This document shows, one piece after another, positions 32,150 through 44,830 of a stretch of DNA of 64,000 nt. The DNA comes from Macrostomum lignano (Eukaryota). The position numbers were made by a program, and so were the translations under genes. The stretch is taken from positions 1 to 64,000 of the forward strand of contig NIVC01003654.1 of NCBI GenBank assembly GCA_002269645.1. The letters are read 5' to 3'. Below the pieces are notes generated by a model. That model had not been told where the DNA came from and did no database searches. It worked only from the letters and a program-made list of their open reading frames with translations. Positions within the stretch are counted from its first letter, which is position 1. Each line of letters begins with the position of its first letter.

Positions 32150-32577
32150 ATCTGACACTTGATACCTGACACCTGACATCTGACAACTGACACCTGACAT
32201 TTGACACCTGATACCTGACACCTGACATCTGACATCTGACACCTGATACCTGACACCTGACACCTGACATCTGACATCTGATACCCGACACCTGACACCT
32301 GACACCTGACATCTGACATCTGATACCCGACACCTGACATCTGACACTTGACACCTGACATCTGACACCTGACATCTGACACCTGACATTTGACAACTGA
32401 CACCTGACATTTGACACCTGACATTTGACACCTGACATCTGACATCTGACACCTGACACCTGACATCTGACACCTGACACCTGACATCTGACACCTGACA
32501 CTTGACACCTGACACCTGACATCTGACATCTGACATCTGACACCTGACACCTGACATCTAACATCTGACACCTGACT
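32150..32577. repeat. 7-bp (GACACCT/GACATCT) array
   Basis: About 60 units. Confidence 0.92.
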
Positions 32578-33092
32578 GGGCAAGTGGAGCATTCCAGTTT
32601 TTACAAGCAGACGCAAAAAGGAAGATACTGTATACAATGAAATATCAAATTCAATTCAACACATTGAGTAATCTGCTGTGGCAAAACAGGATTCATAATT
32701 AAATCGTTGCAGCTGTCAGATTTTTATTTCCTAATATCTTGTCTGATACTCGACTCAAATTTCCGTAAAAATGTGCAGATTTATACAAAATATTTCAAAT
32801 AAGAAGCCAGAGATTTGAGTAATAAAAGTCCTTCAATTCGGAATTTCAGCTGAAAAGTACTTTCTAAGGGCAAAAGTACAAAACAACTTTCACATTACAA
32901 GCAAATCTTCACGTCTGAACGAAGCCCTGTCTCGGTCCCGTCAGGAAGTTTTAAAAAGTTCATTCTGAAGCGAGCACAAATTCGAAAGTAAAACGCTGTG
33001 CATACTACTGCAACTTATCTATAAGTAGAGTAGTTTGATGAGTCGCAGAAAAAATTTAAATAAGAAAGGAGATTCTTTCTGGCAGTCGGGAT

Positions 33093-36000
33093 TTACTCGA
33101 CAAAGCGCACCGTCTCCAGACTCCGGAGCGCCTCATCAAGCGGCTTAGCAACCGCCGGCGTCTTCAAGAATCGCTTGCGCACCGTGTTGATCAGTTCGAT
33201 CATCTGGTTGATGTCGATGACGCTCTTGACCAGCTCCGGGTACATGCACAGCTCGCGCAGCAGGCTGGCCATGGCCTCGGCCACCTCAACATTGTCCCGG
33301 TGCACGTGGAAGGCCGCCGCCAGGACTGGCAGGCCGGCCAGGCCTTCGCCAGCCGCTTCAACTGACTCGCAGTCCAGCACCGTCAGGCCGCACTCTTCGT
33401 CTGACTCGACGTAGCTGGCCAGGGCCAGGGCGGCGTTGCGCACCACCTGGAGTGACAGTGGAAGTACATTTTAGTGACATTAGTGTGATGGTAGAGTGAC
33501 AGCAAATGATAGTAGAGGGACAGTAGATGACACTAGAGTGACAGTAGTTGGCATTAGAGTGACAGTAGAGTGACAGTAGAGTGACAGTAGATGGCAGTAG
33601 AGTTACAGCAGAGTGACAGCAGGTGACGGCAGTAGAGTGACATTAGAGTGACAGTAGATGGCATTAGTGACAGTAGATAACAGTAGTGTGACATTAGAGT
33701 GACAGTAGATGGCATTAGTGACAGTAGATAACAGTAGTGTGACATTAGAGTGACAGTAGATGGCAGCAGAGAGACATTAGAGTGACAGTAGATGACAGTA
33801 GAGTGACATTAGAGTGACAGTAGATGGCATTAGTGACAGTAGATGACAGTAGAGTGACATTAGAGTGACAGTAGATGGCAGTAGATGGCAGTAGAGTGAC
33901 AGTGGAGTGACAGGTGCGGCAGACCTTAGTGAACCGCTGGTGCCTGGCCAGGGCCCGCAGCAGCAGCTCGACCACCGCGTGCTCCCCGGCCCGCTGCACA
34001 GCACTGGGCGACATGCTGAATGCCAGCAGCAGGGCGGCTCCGTGCTCCTGAGCTTCGGGCGAGTCGCCGAACGCCTTCATCGCCCGCGTCACCAGCAGGA
34101 GGCCGTCGCGTTCCAAGCAGCGCCGAGCGTTTGGCGCGTAGGCGCAGAGCGACCACAGCGCGTTGGCGGCCAGCGCGAACAGGTCTACGTCGTCCGGGGC
34201 GGCGGCGACGGCCGACAGCAGAGCGTCGATGCCGCCGGATTCGCCGACCAGCTGGGAACAGCGACGGTCAGCGGCGAAGGCCATCAGGAGGGCGGCGGCC
34301 GAGCGGAGCAGCCCGGAGCAGTAGGGGTGCTGCGACATCGCCAGCAGCACGCAGTCCACGGATTCGCGCGAGTACAGCGGCCCGCCAGGGCTGGCTCGAA
34401 TGGCGAGGTTGCCGAGCAGGCAGCAGTAGGCCGTGCACACCTGAGAGGGTCGGTGGTATTTCCAAAGTAGGCTAGTCTGGTCGAGGGTATTCCCCAATTA
34501 GACTAGTCTGGTCGAGGGAATTCCCAAATTAGGCTAGTCTGGTCGAGGGAAATCCTGAAGTAGGCTAGTCTGGCCGAGGGTATTCCCCAATTAGACTAGT
34601 CTGGTCGAGGGTATTCCCCAATTAGACTAGTCTGGCCGAGGGTATTCCCCAATTAGACTAGTCTGGCCGAGGGTATTCCCCAATTAGACTAGTCTGGCCG
34701 AGGGTATTCCCCAATTAGACTAGTCTGGCCGAGGGTATTCCCCAATTAGACTAGTGTGGTCGAGGGAATTCCCCAACTAGGCTAGTCTGGTCGAGGGAAT
34801 TCCCAAATTAGGCTAGTCTGGTCGAGGAAAATCCTGAAGTAGGCTAGTCTGACCGAGGGAATTCCTGAAGTAGGCTAGTCTTGTCGAGGGAATTCCTGAA
34901 GTAGTCTAATCTGGTCGAGGGAATTCCTGAAGTAGTCTAATCTGGTCGAGGGAATTCCTGAAGTAGTCTAATCTGGTCGAGGGAATTCCTGAAGTAGTCT
35001 AGTCTGGTCGAGGGAATTCCTGAAGTAGGCTAGTCTGGTCGAGGGAATTCTTGAAGTAGTCTAGTCTGGTCGAGGGAATTCCTGAAGTAGTCTAGTCTGG
35101 TCGAGGGAATACCTGAAGTAGTCTAGTCTGGTCGAGGGAATCCCCAATTGACCTATTCTGGCCGAAGGAATTCCCCGAGTAGGCTAGTCTGATCGAGTAT
35201 TCGCGGCAGGCTCACCTCTTCGCTAGCCAGGTGAGAGCGCAGTCCCTGATGCAGTGTGCACAGCTGCTCAGCGGTGAGGCTGCCGGCAGAGCGCAGCTGG
35301 GTGCACAGCTCTTCAAGGGCTTCGCGGAAGCAGTTCTCATTGTTGAGCTCGCGGTCAACGTACTCAAGCAACGGCTCGAGGCCGGAGTCGCGAGGAATCG
35401 GCCGGTCTTTAGTTGTGACCTGGAAAATTTGGTGCCGGGAAGTGTCAGATGATTGGGGTACTCGTAATTTTAAGGCGAACAAAAACTGTTAAAGCTGAGG
35501 ACCGTTCGCACCTGCTGCTTTCGCCGCCTGTCGGCCATGGCGGAGCCCGCAAGGTTGAGGCAGTCGCGAGCCAGCGGCGTCTCCAGCAGAGCGGCCATGG
35601 TCGGCCGGTCAGTCGGACGGACGGCCAGCAGGCCGAGGACGGCAGCCCGGAGCTCCGGCGAGTACACGGACTCGACCGGGGCGAGCGCCTCCTGGAGGAT
35701 GCGCGATGCGGCGGCAGCGGAGGCGTCTTCAGCGGAGTCCGACTCGGAGGACTTGTAGCGGAGCAGAGTTTGGCCGAGGCTCTGCCAGGACTGCTCGGTG
35801 CAGAGCATGAGGTTCAGCAGGACGCAGCCCAGGCCCCACATGTCCGCCGCCTGGGTGTAGGTTGCGGGCCGGCCAGCCTGTGGGCAGAGAAGGACGCGAG
35901 TTGAGCCAGCCAATCAGATGGGAGTTTCAGATGTGTGTACAGTCATAGTATCCATTCCATCAAAATCAGTGAGGTGGCCGCAGGCCAAAATCCAGTTTAT

Positions 36001-36734
36001 TAATTTTGAATTTAAGGGGGGGACTGAAGTAGGTGATGCGAGGACCAATCAGAAGCCAGAGAGAAGGAGAGATAAGAAATCGCAGTGAGCAAGAACGAGA
36101 TTGAACTAGACAAGTCAAGAGACAACGGCAGATTAACTTAAGGAGGTTAATAATGTAAAATAATAAGCGAAGATCTCAAAAAACGCACCTGAACTTCTGG
36201 TGCCGTGGCGTCCATGATGGCCTTGTCAGTGCGCGTGTTGGTCTGGTGATCGGCCATCAGGGTGGCTACGCAGAAGTCGCCCACAGAGATGCTCAGATCG
36301 TCTCTCAGGAAAATGTTGGACGCTCGAATATCGCCGTGGCAGAGGCCTCTGCCGTGAATGTAGGCGAGAAACTCCAGCGTCTGGCCGAACCATTTCCGCA
36401 CGATCTCCTCGTCCAGCGGTTTTTTGTCCTTGAGCTTGCGGCTGGTGATGCTCTCCAGGCTGCCGTTGGGAAAGTGGTCCATAACGAAGCAGACGTAGAC
36501 GGAGGAATGGTCGGCGTTCCAGTCCACGAAGATCTCGCGGTAGGGCGCAGCGAACGGGTGCCGGATACTCGTCAGCCGGAGCGACTCCTTGAAGGCTTTG
36601 TTGGCGGAGCTCTCGTCGTGGCATTCAACTCGCTTGAGGGCGTAGCGAAGGCGATCGGCCGTGGCGGCCTCCACCAGCAGCACGGTGCCCAGAGGCCCCG
36701 AACCGAGCTGCTTCACTACCAAGTAGTTTTCCAT
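33093..36734 (-). CDS. STKLD1: STKLD1 (SgK071)-like Ser/Thr kinase domain plus C-terminal ARM-like repeats, 661 aa
   Basis: Exons (minus): 36189-36734, 35512-35877, 35216-35419, 33925-34440, 33093-33446, all phase 0. MENY..LGSGPLG..ALKRVECHDE..YREIFVDWN..VYVCFVM, HGDIRASN, GDFC, APE, DMWGLGC; helical ARM-like C-terminus. Confidence 0.8.
33450..33912. repeat. Degenerate AGAGTGACA-core intronic repeat
   Basis: Repeated TAGAGTGACAGTAGATGGCAT variants filling the last STKLD1 intron. Confidence 0.85.
34470..35200. repeat. 31-bp intronic minisatellite
   Basis: Unit TAGTCTGGTCGAGGGAATTCCTGAAGTAGTC and variants. Confidence 0.9.
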
Positions 36735-37131
36735 TGATCAGCTGAAATCCCCGACAGGGAGGGGTGGGAAAATACAGACATGACAGCCCATTCTCAGGCG
36801 TTTAGATAGCACTTTGGAATGGATAGCAGGCAGTGAGCATCGTTGCGTAGCTTTTAGCCAAATAAAGAAGCTTGTGCCTTCGATACACTCACCGAATTCT
36901 ATAAATAGAGCCTGGACAAAAGCAATCGTCTGCAGCCCAACCGTCTATGGGCACCTGGCCCCCTCTTTTCTCTATTATAACTAACTTCTACTCACGTGTA
37001 TCAAGACTAAACCACAACTCTATAAGGCCAAGGTTTATATACATTTTTGTTATTAGACAGACTAGCATTGCAGCTGATGAATCCGGACAACTCAAGCAAT
37101 TCTTGAAGCATTCAGCTCTCAAAGCTCGAGT

Positions 37132-38424
37132 ATGTCCACAGGACGAGGCCGCTTGGCCAGCGGCTACAGCCGAGCGCGTCGCCGATTTTGCTCGCGTCGA
37201 GAGTCATTGGAAGACTTCTCAGTGCAGTCGTACAATGCGACGACGCCCAGCAAGACGACTGCCACTCAGCCTGCGGTGGCCGCGGCTGGTCAGTTCGGCA
37301 ACCTGGGCGGTCCCTACCTGCAGCAGGTGATGCCCGGCCTGCACTTGGGCCTCTCATGGCGCCAGATGTTCTTCAGCTTGTTCTTTGTCTCCATAGCACA
37401 CGGAGTATTGGCTTATTTTGCATTCATTAGCTGGCTGGGCACCACGGAAGTGCTGGTCTCCTACACCAGCTGTGCGAAGCTGTCGTATCCGAATCAAACT
37501 GCCCAGGAATGCGAGGTGACCTTCAACCTGCCGGCTCAGATTGACGGTCAGGCGTACGTGTACTTTCGCCTGTGCAATTTCCATTTAAACCATCGTCACG
37601 TGTACTCCTCGTGGAGCATGCCCCAGCTGCTCGGTAAGAAGCCGAACAATATCAAATACTCCTGCAAGAAGTTCACTTATCGCGACGAAAAGCTCGTGCT
37701 GCCGTGCGGTGCGCTGCCCAATGCCATCTTCAACGACACTGTTAACGTCACGGGACCGCTGAACTGTGAGTACGCAGGCAGTCAAACCTTGCACAGTTAA
37801 AACTCATTCAGAACTGACCTTGTAGAGATGCACTTAGACATTGTACAGTCTTACTCAACAAGCACCATTCCCAAAGCTCGAAATCCTCATTTGAACTGCA
37901 AATACGCCAACTGCCCTCTAAAAAACCTCTCAGCGGACACCAAAAACGCGACAACAATTCCCCTGTCAAGCAGCAACCTCAGCTGGCCGAGTCACACGGC
38001 TGGCCTGCACAAGGCCCTGCCGGCCAAGCTGCTGGAGAACACCGTCAAGCCCATGAACTGGCCCGAGCCGGCCGCGATTCGGTACAAGCGTCCGTTTGAA
38101 AACGCGGACGATTTATGGGTCTGGCTGGTTACGCCAGCCTTCCCCTGCTTTCGCAAACTCATTCATTGGGTGGATTCCAATGAAAGCCTGTCAGCTGGAA
38201 AGTACAAAATGTCCATCGGCTATCACTACCCAGTGGCCGGGTTCGGCGGCACGAAGAGCTTCGTCGTGGCTGGCAAGTCGCTGCTTGGCGGAAAGAACCT
38301 GGCGCTGGCTGTACTGCCGTCGGCTGTCAGCGCCGTCTACTTCCTGCTGAGCTTGTCAACTCTGATCGAGTGCTACTGCAGACTGCGGAAGAGGGCCATT
38401 GCGCTGGGCATTGTGGTTGACTAG
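37132..38424 (+). CDS. TMEM30: CDC50/TMEM30 family P4-ATPase flippase beta subunit, divergent, 374 aa
   Basis: Exons 37132-37765 and 37934-38424 (phase 1). LQQVMPG, TM1, VYFRLCNFHLNHRH, LPCGALPNAIFNDT, WLVTPAFPCFRKL, YPVAGFGGTKSFVV, LGGKNLAL, TM2. Confidence 0.88.
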
Positions 38425-38571
38425 TCCAGGGGGTCTGGGCTGTTCAGGGGAATTCTCTAGGCTGATTTCTTGCTTTATTTAAGTTAACCGATTAACGAGC
38501 GTATCATATGGGTAGCCTGTTTTACGAGCAGAAAAGACAGGGCCCTTGTAGAGTGCTTCTAGATACTAGAG

Positions 38572-38968
38572 GCAGACAGTGGAGCTACCAGGATCAGACA
38601 GTGGAGCTACCAGGATCAGACAGTGGAGCTACCAGGAGCAGACAGTGGAGCTATCAGGAGCAGACAGTGGAGCTACCAGGAGCAGACAGTGGAGCTATCA
38701 GGAGCAGACAGTGGAGCTACCAGGATCAGACAGTGGAGCTACCAGGATCAGACAGTGGAGCTACCAGGATCAGACAGTGGAGCTACCAGGAGCAGACAGT
38801 GGAGCTACAGGAGCAGACAGTGGAGCTACCAGGAGCAGACAGTGGAGCTATCAGGAGCAGACAGTGGAGCTACCAGGAGCAGACAGTGGAGCTAGCAGGA
38901 GCAGACAGTGGAGCTACCAGGATCATACAGTTGAGCTACCAGGAGCAGGTGGAGCTAGCAGGAGCAGA
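38572..38968. repeat. 22-bp minisatellite
   Basis: Unit CAGACAGTGGAGCTACCAGGAG. Confidence 0.92.
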
Positions 38969-40769
38969 CTAAGGGGAGACAGCAACAATGGAACAACCCA
39001 TTACTATTGGCTGCTCTGATGTTGTAGTTCATAGCTAATATTGGCTTTAGATAGGGTAGTCAACACAGGAGTCACTTTCAATTCTTCCATAGAACTGAGC
39101 TTGCCAATGCAGTCCAATGTTGCTCCTCTAGCAGATAGTTGGTGATTAATTTGCTCATGCTATATTCCCAATAATATATAATTTGCTCTGAAAGGCAAGC
39201 TTATTGCTAACAATTAGTTTGTTGTACCAAGAAATGTGCATGTATAAAAAGTACAAAAAGCTCCAAAATACAACTTTATGTCAAATATATCTTATATGCA
39301 TGTATATTCATGCATTTAAACTAAATTATCTCAATTAAAGGAGCCAATGAACATATGTGATCAAAGGTGCATAATATACTCCTATTTATGCCTACTTGAA
39401 GAAAAATATTACTGATAAAATATGATAAAAAATAGTATGATAAAATTGCATTGCATAATATGATAAAAAATAATACTGAATAAAAAATATTGAAGCTTCT
39501 TGCAGCTTGTGAGCAGTATAAACAAAAAACTAAAGAAATTCTTAAATTATGTAATTATTGTATAAATTCCTACTGAGCACTATGGCATGGTTAGGAAGAT
39601 AGTTTAACTCTAATTTAAAACGAGAGCAATTCAAGACAGGTTTTATAGCTTCAATTAGTTCAAAAAATCTTGGATTCGATTGAATTACAATGTCATTTAC
39701 TTTATCCATACCATAAATTTAGGTTTGAATTGATTATGTGCTATTTATGAGTTCATGAAAAGTGTGAATTTATCGCAGACTACACGAAAAGTAAACAATC
39801 ACTTTTTCTACAAAATCGAAAGCAAAAGAACAAAATAATGAGGCTGTTGGGAATAGTCTCAAAATACTTTGTCTGCGACAAGACAGCAAAAAAGTGCTAA
39901 TTTAGAAATCTGTTGGCTAAATTGTTTCAAACTAGTTAGAAATATAATACAATTTTTACCACATACAATTTTTGTATCTATTAGTTGTCCCATCAAAATT
40001 GGCCCAGCAGTTTTGGAGAAGATATCGAACTGACAAACAAACAAACAAGAATACAGACCTTAGAGATGGTAGTATATTTAGATTTAAGTCGTTGTAGTCT
40101 AACAAAGTTAAATTATTAATGTATAGTAACAGGAACTCATTGTAAAACTATCTTTTACATTGCGTCAAAACTTTTTGAAACTATTTTCAAAGTTTATGTA
40201 AGCCAGATAATATAATTACGAAAGCATGTTTTAGGGATCGTATAAAAATTTGTTAAAACTGCCTACTTTCAAACCGTCGTATTTACTTTAACCCAGTTTT
40301 TGCTATTTTGTAATAGACTAATACTCTAAAAATATTTTCTGCTAGTGGTCATTCGATTGAATTTATTTATTGCTAAAGCAATGAAAGAAATATACGAATT
40401 TTCATTAGTTTTTGTTTGCACTTGGTAGAAAAATTCCACCCACAGAAGATTTAATGTAATCAATTTTTTCGAAAAAAAACTAACTTTTAGATATTCGAAA
40501 CACAGAGAACTAATACGAGTAGCATACGATAATTCCACACCCTAATTTTTTCATGTAAAATGAATGGGTTGTTTACCGGCACTCTTATCGTACACATGTG
40601 CAAATTCACGAGCAATATATTTTTAAAAGCAAATTTAACCCTCCACCAAAACACGAATTCCCATCACCACCATGAGCCAGCATCAGACGTTGGTGCTGCC
40701 CATACTACCAACTCCCGAACAGCCAGCGGTTCCGGCTGCCGGTGCCACACTGCGCGGGCAGTTGGCCCT

Positions 40770-41125
40770 CCCTAGCCCAACCAACCTCCACGTGGGGGGG
40801 GGGCGTGGTATAACGCTCCAGAACCAGCTGGGCCACATGTGTCGCGCACGGCAGACGGATCTTCTCATCCGGCGTGTTGTACAGGATCACGTGGAGCTCC
40901 CCGGTATAGTCCGGGTCCACCACACCACCCTGCACAGTCAGGCCCCGATTGGCCCAACTTGAGCAGCTCGCGATCCATAGGTGCCTGGCGGCAGGATAAC
41001 GCAAAGGCCTGTGCGTATATGATGGCAGTATCACAGCCCTCCACGGTCCAATTTTCACTGGTAGCCAAATCGTACGTCACTGATCCTGCCCCGTGAGCCG
41101 CCGCGGCATCGCAGCGCCATGATCC
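40770..41125 (-). pseudogene. dut: dUTPase pseudogene (frameshifted)
   Basis: Across frames: MPRRLT/GAGSVTYDL..TGLCVILPPGTYG/IASCSSWANRGLTVQGGVVDPDYTGELHVILYN..HVAQLVLERYTTP, matching trimeric dUTPase motifs 1-4 with at least two frameshifts. Confidence 0.85.
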
Positions 41126-41369
41126 ACTAGCACGATGCTCAACGGGACTGTCGATCAGGCTCTGGGTGTAGTACTCATCGCGGCTGAGGGTTCATAGTTC
41201 ATTGGATTCTTATCATCTTCTAAAATGACTCTACTACTACCCTCATAATCCTCGCCCCAACAAAAAAGCTAAGCCTAGTACTAACCCCCAGTATCATCCT
41301 AGAAAACAAAAAATACATCGAGAAAGATATATTGCGAGCAAAAAACATAAACAGACAAACAATAGAGAA

Positions 41370-44170
41370 CAATTGAAGTCAACCGCCAATGACCAAATAA
41401 GAGATATGAGTAGGGATCAACCCAGGCTTGCTTCGTGTCGAAAAAGCTAAGCGCTTGCTTGAGCTGCTCAAAAAGATCTTCTGTCGCCGCGAGGTAATCG
41501 TCCGCATCGTTACTGCATGCTCCAACACTCGATCCTTCCACACATTCAAAAATACGTTGCGCTTCATACCTCTAACAATCGACTTCGACACGCCCATGCA
41601 CCGCAAATCTGACAGAGGGTTTTCCTTTGCATACATGTACACCATTGAATAGTTTTTCGGCCTTAGAAATGCAAACTCCAACGGTGTACAACATGAAACT
41701 TCATCTTTTTAAACCATTAACTTCCCTTTCTACTTTTTTGTATAAACCGGATGAGAAGGTGGATAAATACTAATGTCTAATACACCGCACTCCACCAAAT
41801 CTTTACAAATCTTTACAAACAACTTATCCCGGGGACTCGTCTCCGGGTAGGCTATAATCAATGCCAAGATAAAAAAATCCGTATATCTATCAAGCACGCG
41901 GGCAGAAGCAAGTGACTGATGACATTGAATCCTTGAATAGAAAAACTCGTAGACAAATGTCTTCGCAAGGTCCAGAATAGCGCTACTAATCAGAATTGGC
42001 TTGTTTAGCAATACTCAACGAGGAGTCCAACTCACGCCCACCAGACGGTTTGTGTACAAAATCACGTCCATAAATTCCTCTTTAGCGACGTACGTTTCTA
42101 ACTTTTCGGCACTAGTACACATGCAATAGCTCAGCCTGTCTCGAACCCGCTGCAGAAACTTGCCGTGCACCGCATTGTTTAATATTTAAAAAAATCTAGA
42201 TCGAAATCGCTGGTCGCCTCAGACCGCCGACGAATATTATGTTCAATGTATTCCTGTAAAATAGGACCTTCTACAAATTCGAGAACACGATTTACACGCG
42301 TCACACGCATGCCTAACTCGAGGTAAATACGCAATGCTCAATTATGTACAATGTACCCCTCTTTGTGTGTCACAGAGCCGATTAGCTTCCCTGTCGGAGA
42401 AGCTAATCGTTTTACGTCCTTGTATACCTCCGCATTCCTCCTTCTTGGATTAAGCTGACATTGTAGACAAACCCAATCCTGCTTCATATGCTTAGTTAGG
42501 TAAGCACTATCAGTTCTCTCATGGCCAATAGCCAGAGGTAGATCGGCAGCAGAGTCGTGCAAAAACTTCGGGTAGTACATATCGACATTCAGTAACGACC
42601 CTCGTCCATTCGCGCAATAGCTAGACAGCCAGTTCAAAAACTGACTCGACTTACTCGGATTTTCCAACTCCGCAACATCATCAACTGGTAGATTTTCATG
42701 CACTCTACGAGGCAACCAACGATAGGCTTTATACGGCAGGGCCTGCACCATAAAACTGGAGTAAAAAGAATTAGCATTAAGGTAGGCCAAGTGAGTGCCA
42801 TACGGTGCATTCTGTCACAGTCCTCTTAAATCCAGATCGTCGTCAAGGTCCAGCTGACGACGACATTCTTCTACCATAGGATTGTTTGCCATAGTAAGAT
42901 GTCGAGTGCCGAAACGAAACCCGCCTCGAATCGAAGCTTCAACCTCGGAGTACATACGAGCGTCTGAAAACAACTCTATCGGCTCCTTCACCTTCAATAG
43001 ACACGCAGCTAGACTATACATTGGCGATCCAAGAAAATGGCACACATCCAGACCGTATTCTCGTATTGCAGTCCGACGAAAACTCTCAAATGAATTGCAT
43101 AGCAGTAGTGAATCCAACAGTAAATACGCGGTCACATAGCCACGCAAATTCTCACAATCAAACTCTTGCCAACTCTGCTAAGCGCGGGTGTAGTACATCT
43201 CAGAACACTCTTGCCGGGTCATTGAATCGTAAAACAAATCTCGCGGTGGCAGTTCAGTTACACTGTCCAACTTCTCATCAGAGTCCAAGTAACATTACGG
43301 AAACACTCCGTTGGAGTTTAGGAGTTTAGGAATGGAAGTTTAGGAATGGAAGGCTTGTAGTTTAGGAATGGAACGGATCGGCCAGATCGTCCAGAGTGGA
43401 TTCTGTTGGACCGGACTGCGCGCCCGCCGCCACGCCCGCCGCCGCCGCCGCCATCGCCCCGCCGCCCGCCCCCACACGTCGTCTGTGCGTCTCTGGCGGC
43501 GACGACTGCTCGACTGTAGGTATTTTCGACGGAATATGGACAGCATGACGTCGACCTTGACAACGGTGAGGAACTTCCAGTTACTACCGCGGGACTGGAA
43601 ATTAGATAGTCCAGGGAGATGGCCTCCTCACCTGTACCTCGTACGTCTGCGTTGAGTGATGCGCTGGCCAGCTCGGGGTCGATGCGCAGGTATTTGAGGG
43701 TTGTGCATGTTCACGCTGGTGAAGGGCACCCCAGTCGCTTCGAGGACAAGTAGTTGACGCTGAGAGATCGCCGATTCAGCATCAGAGAGTGAGCCTTGAT
43801 GGTGTAGAACCTCTTGAAATGCTCGGGCAGAAACATAATATTCTCGTGGTGGTGCAATTTTTCGGTTGGGAATGCAGTTAACCAACAACAAAAGCACAGA
43901 ATATTCTGAGAGCTAGTAGTCTTTGCAGCTATTAAAACAATATTAAGGGAATCAAAAATATTGCACACAGTTCCATTGATTGAGTCAGTACTAAGGACCG
44001 TGGTAGCTTGTGGGAATTTTTTCGCGTCGTAATAGATCCGACGATCGTTTGAGCGTTATAATACTGCATGAGGGTGGGAGAATTAGTTACACGCATTTTA
44101 TGAAACCGAATTGCGTGCTCGTTGCTAGATTGAAAAAAACAGGGAGGGTTTGCACCCTAGATTGGAACAC
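41370..44170 (-). pseudogene. Fossil protein-primed family-B DNA polymerase (pPolB), Polinton/adintovirus type
   Basis: Ordered motifs: PVFFNL (about 44140), NGVFP*CYLDS..ELPPRDLFY (43312-43230), YLLLDSLLL..FESFR..YGLD, SIRGG..ANN, YLNANSFYS..QALP, VDMYYPKFLHD..DLPLA, NRVLEF, KY[L]NNAVHGK, KPI..ILDLAK..YEFFY, LRPKNYS, ALSFFDTK..FGHW; multiple stops and frameshifts. Confidence 0.88.
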
Positions 44171-44743
44171 GGGTGGTGTTTTCCCATGGAGGTCCGTTTG
44201 TAGAAAAATATCGGGGAGGGACGTTTTATTAGTGTTCGGCGTGGAGTGGTTGGTTCACAGCGTGGCGTTATCCAAATATACTAAATCCATATGCTATGTG
44301 CCGATAACAGAAATGTTGCAACCACCCCACATATTTTGAATTTCGTATCAAGGGGAGAGGCCATTGAGTTCGAGGGGAAAACTTGTGCTTCTCGCTTGCT
44401 CGATAGCTTATGCATGACATTGGCCCATGCCCAGGACAGTGCGTGACTGGAGCATTGGAAATTGCAGCCGGACTATTTTGAGGAGCTTTCACGCAGTTTT
44501 GCCTTTATTGAATACGGGAGCGAACGGCTGCGGCGAGTGGCGCGCCATATGTTGCCTGGTAAGTAGTTTTTTACCTACTCTATCTCTGTATTGTACCATA
44601 TTTTAGCAATAGAGTACTAGAGCATCATATGGCAACTTCAGTAAACAATAGACGAGACGTCCGTCCGGTCGGAGCGATTCCGTCGACTATGCAGGGGCGA
44701 TACGATCCTAACTATGGTAACAATGGGCGCGAATGTTAGTGCT

Positions 44744-44830
44744 CCTACGACATTGGTATGTAAAAGACATTCTCCTACGACATTGGTATGCAAAAGACAT
44801 TCTCCTACGACATTGGTATGTAAAATACAT
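44744..44830. repeat. 30-bp triplication
   Basis: CTCCTACGACATTGGTATGTAAAAGACATT x3. Confidence 0.85.

Noticed and set aside
39960-40083. Possible Helentron/DINE-like 3' end (CAAAATTGGCCCAG...ACAAACAAAC...TAGAT)
   Set aside because: Resemblance only; no 5' end or hairpin could be defined.
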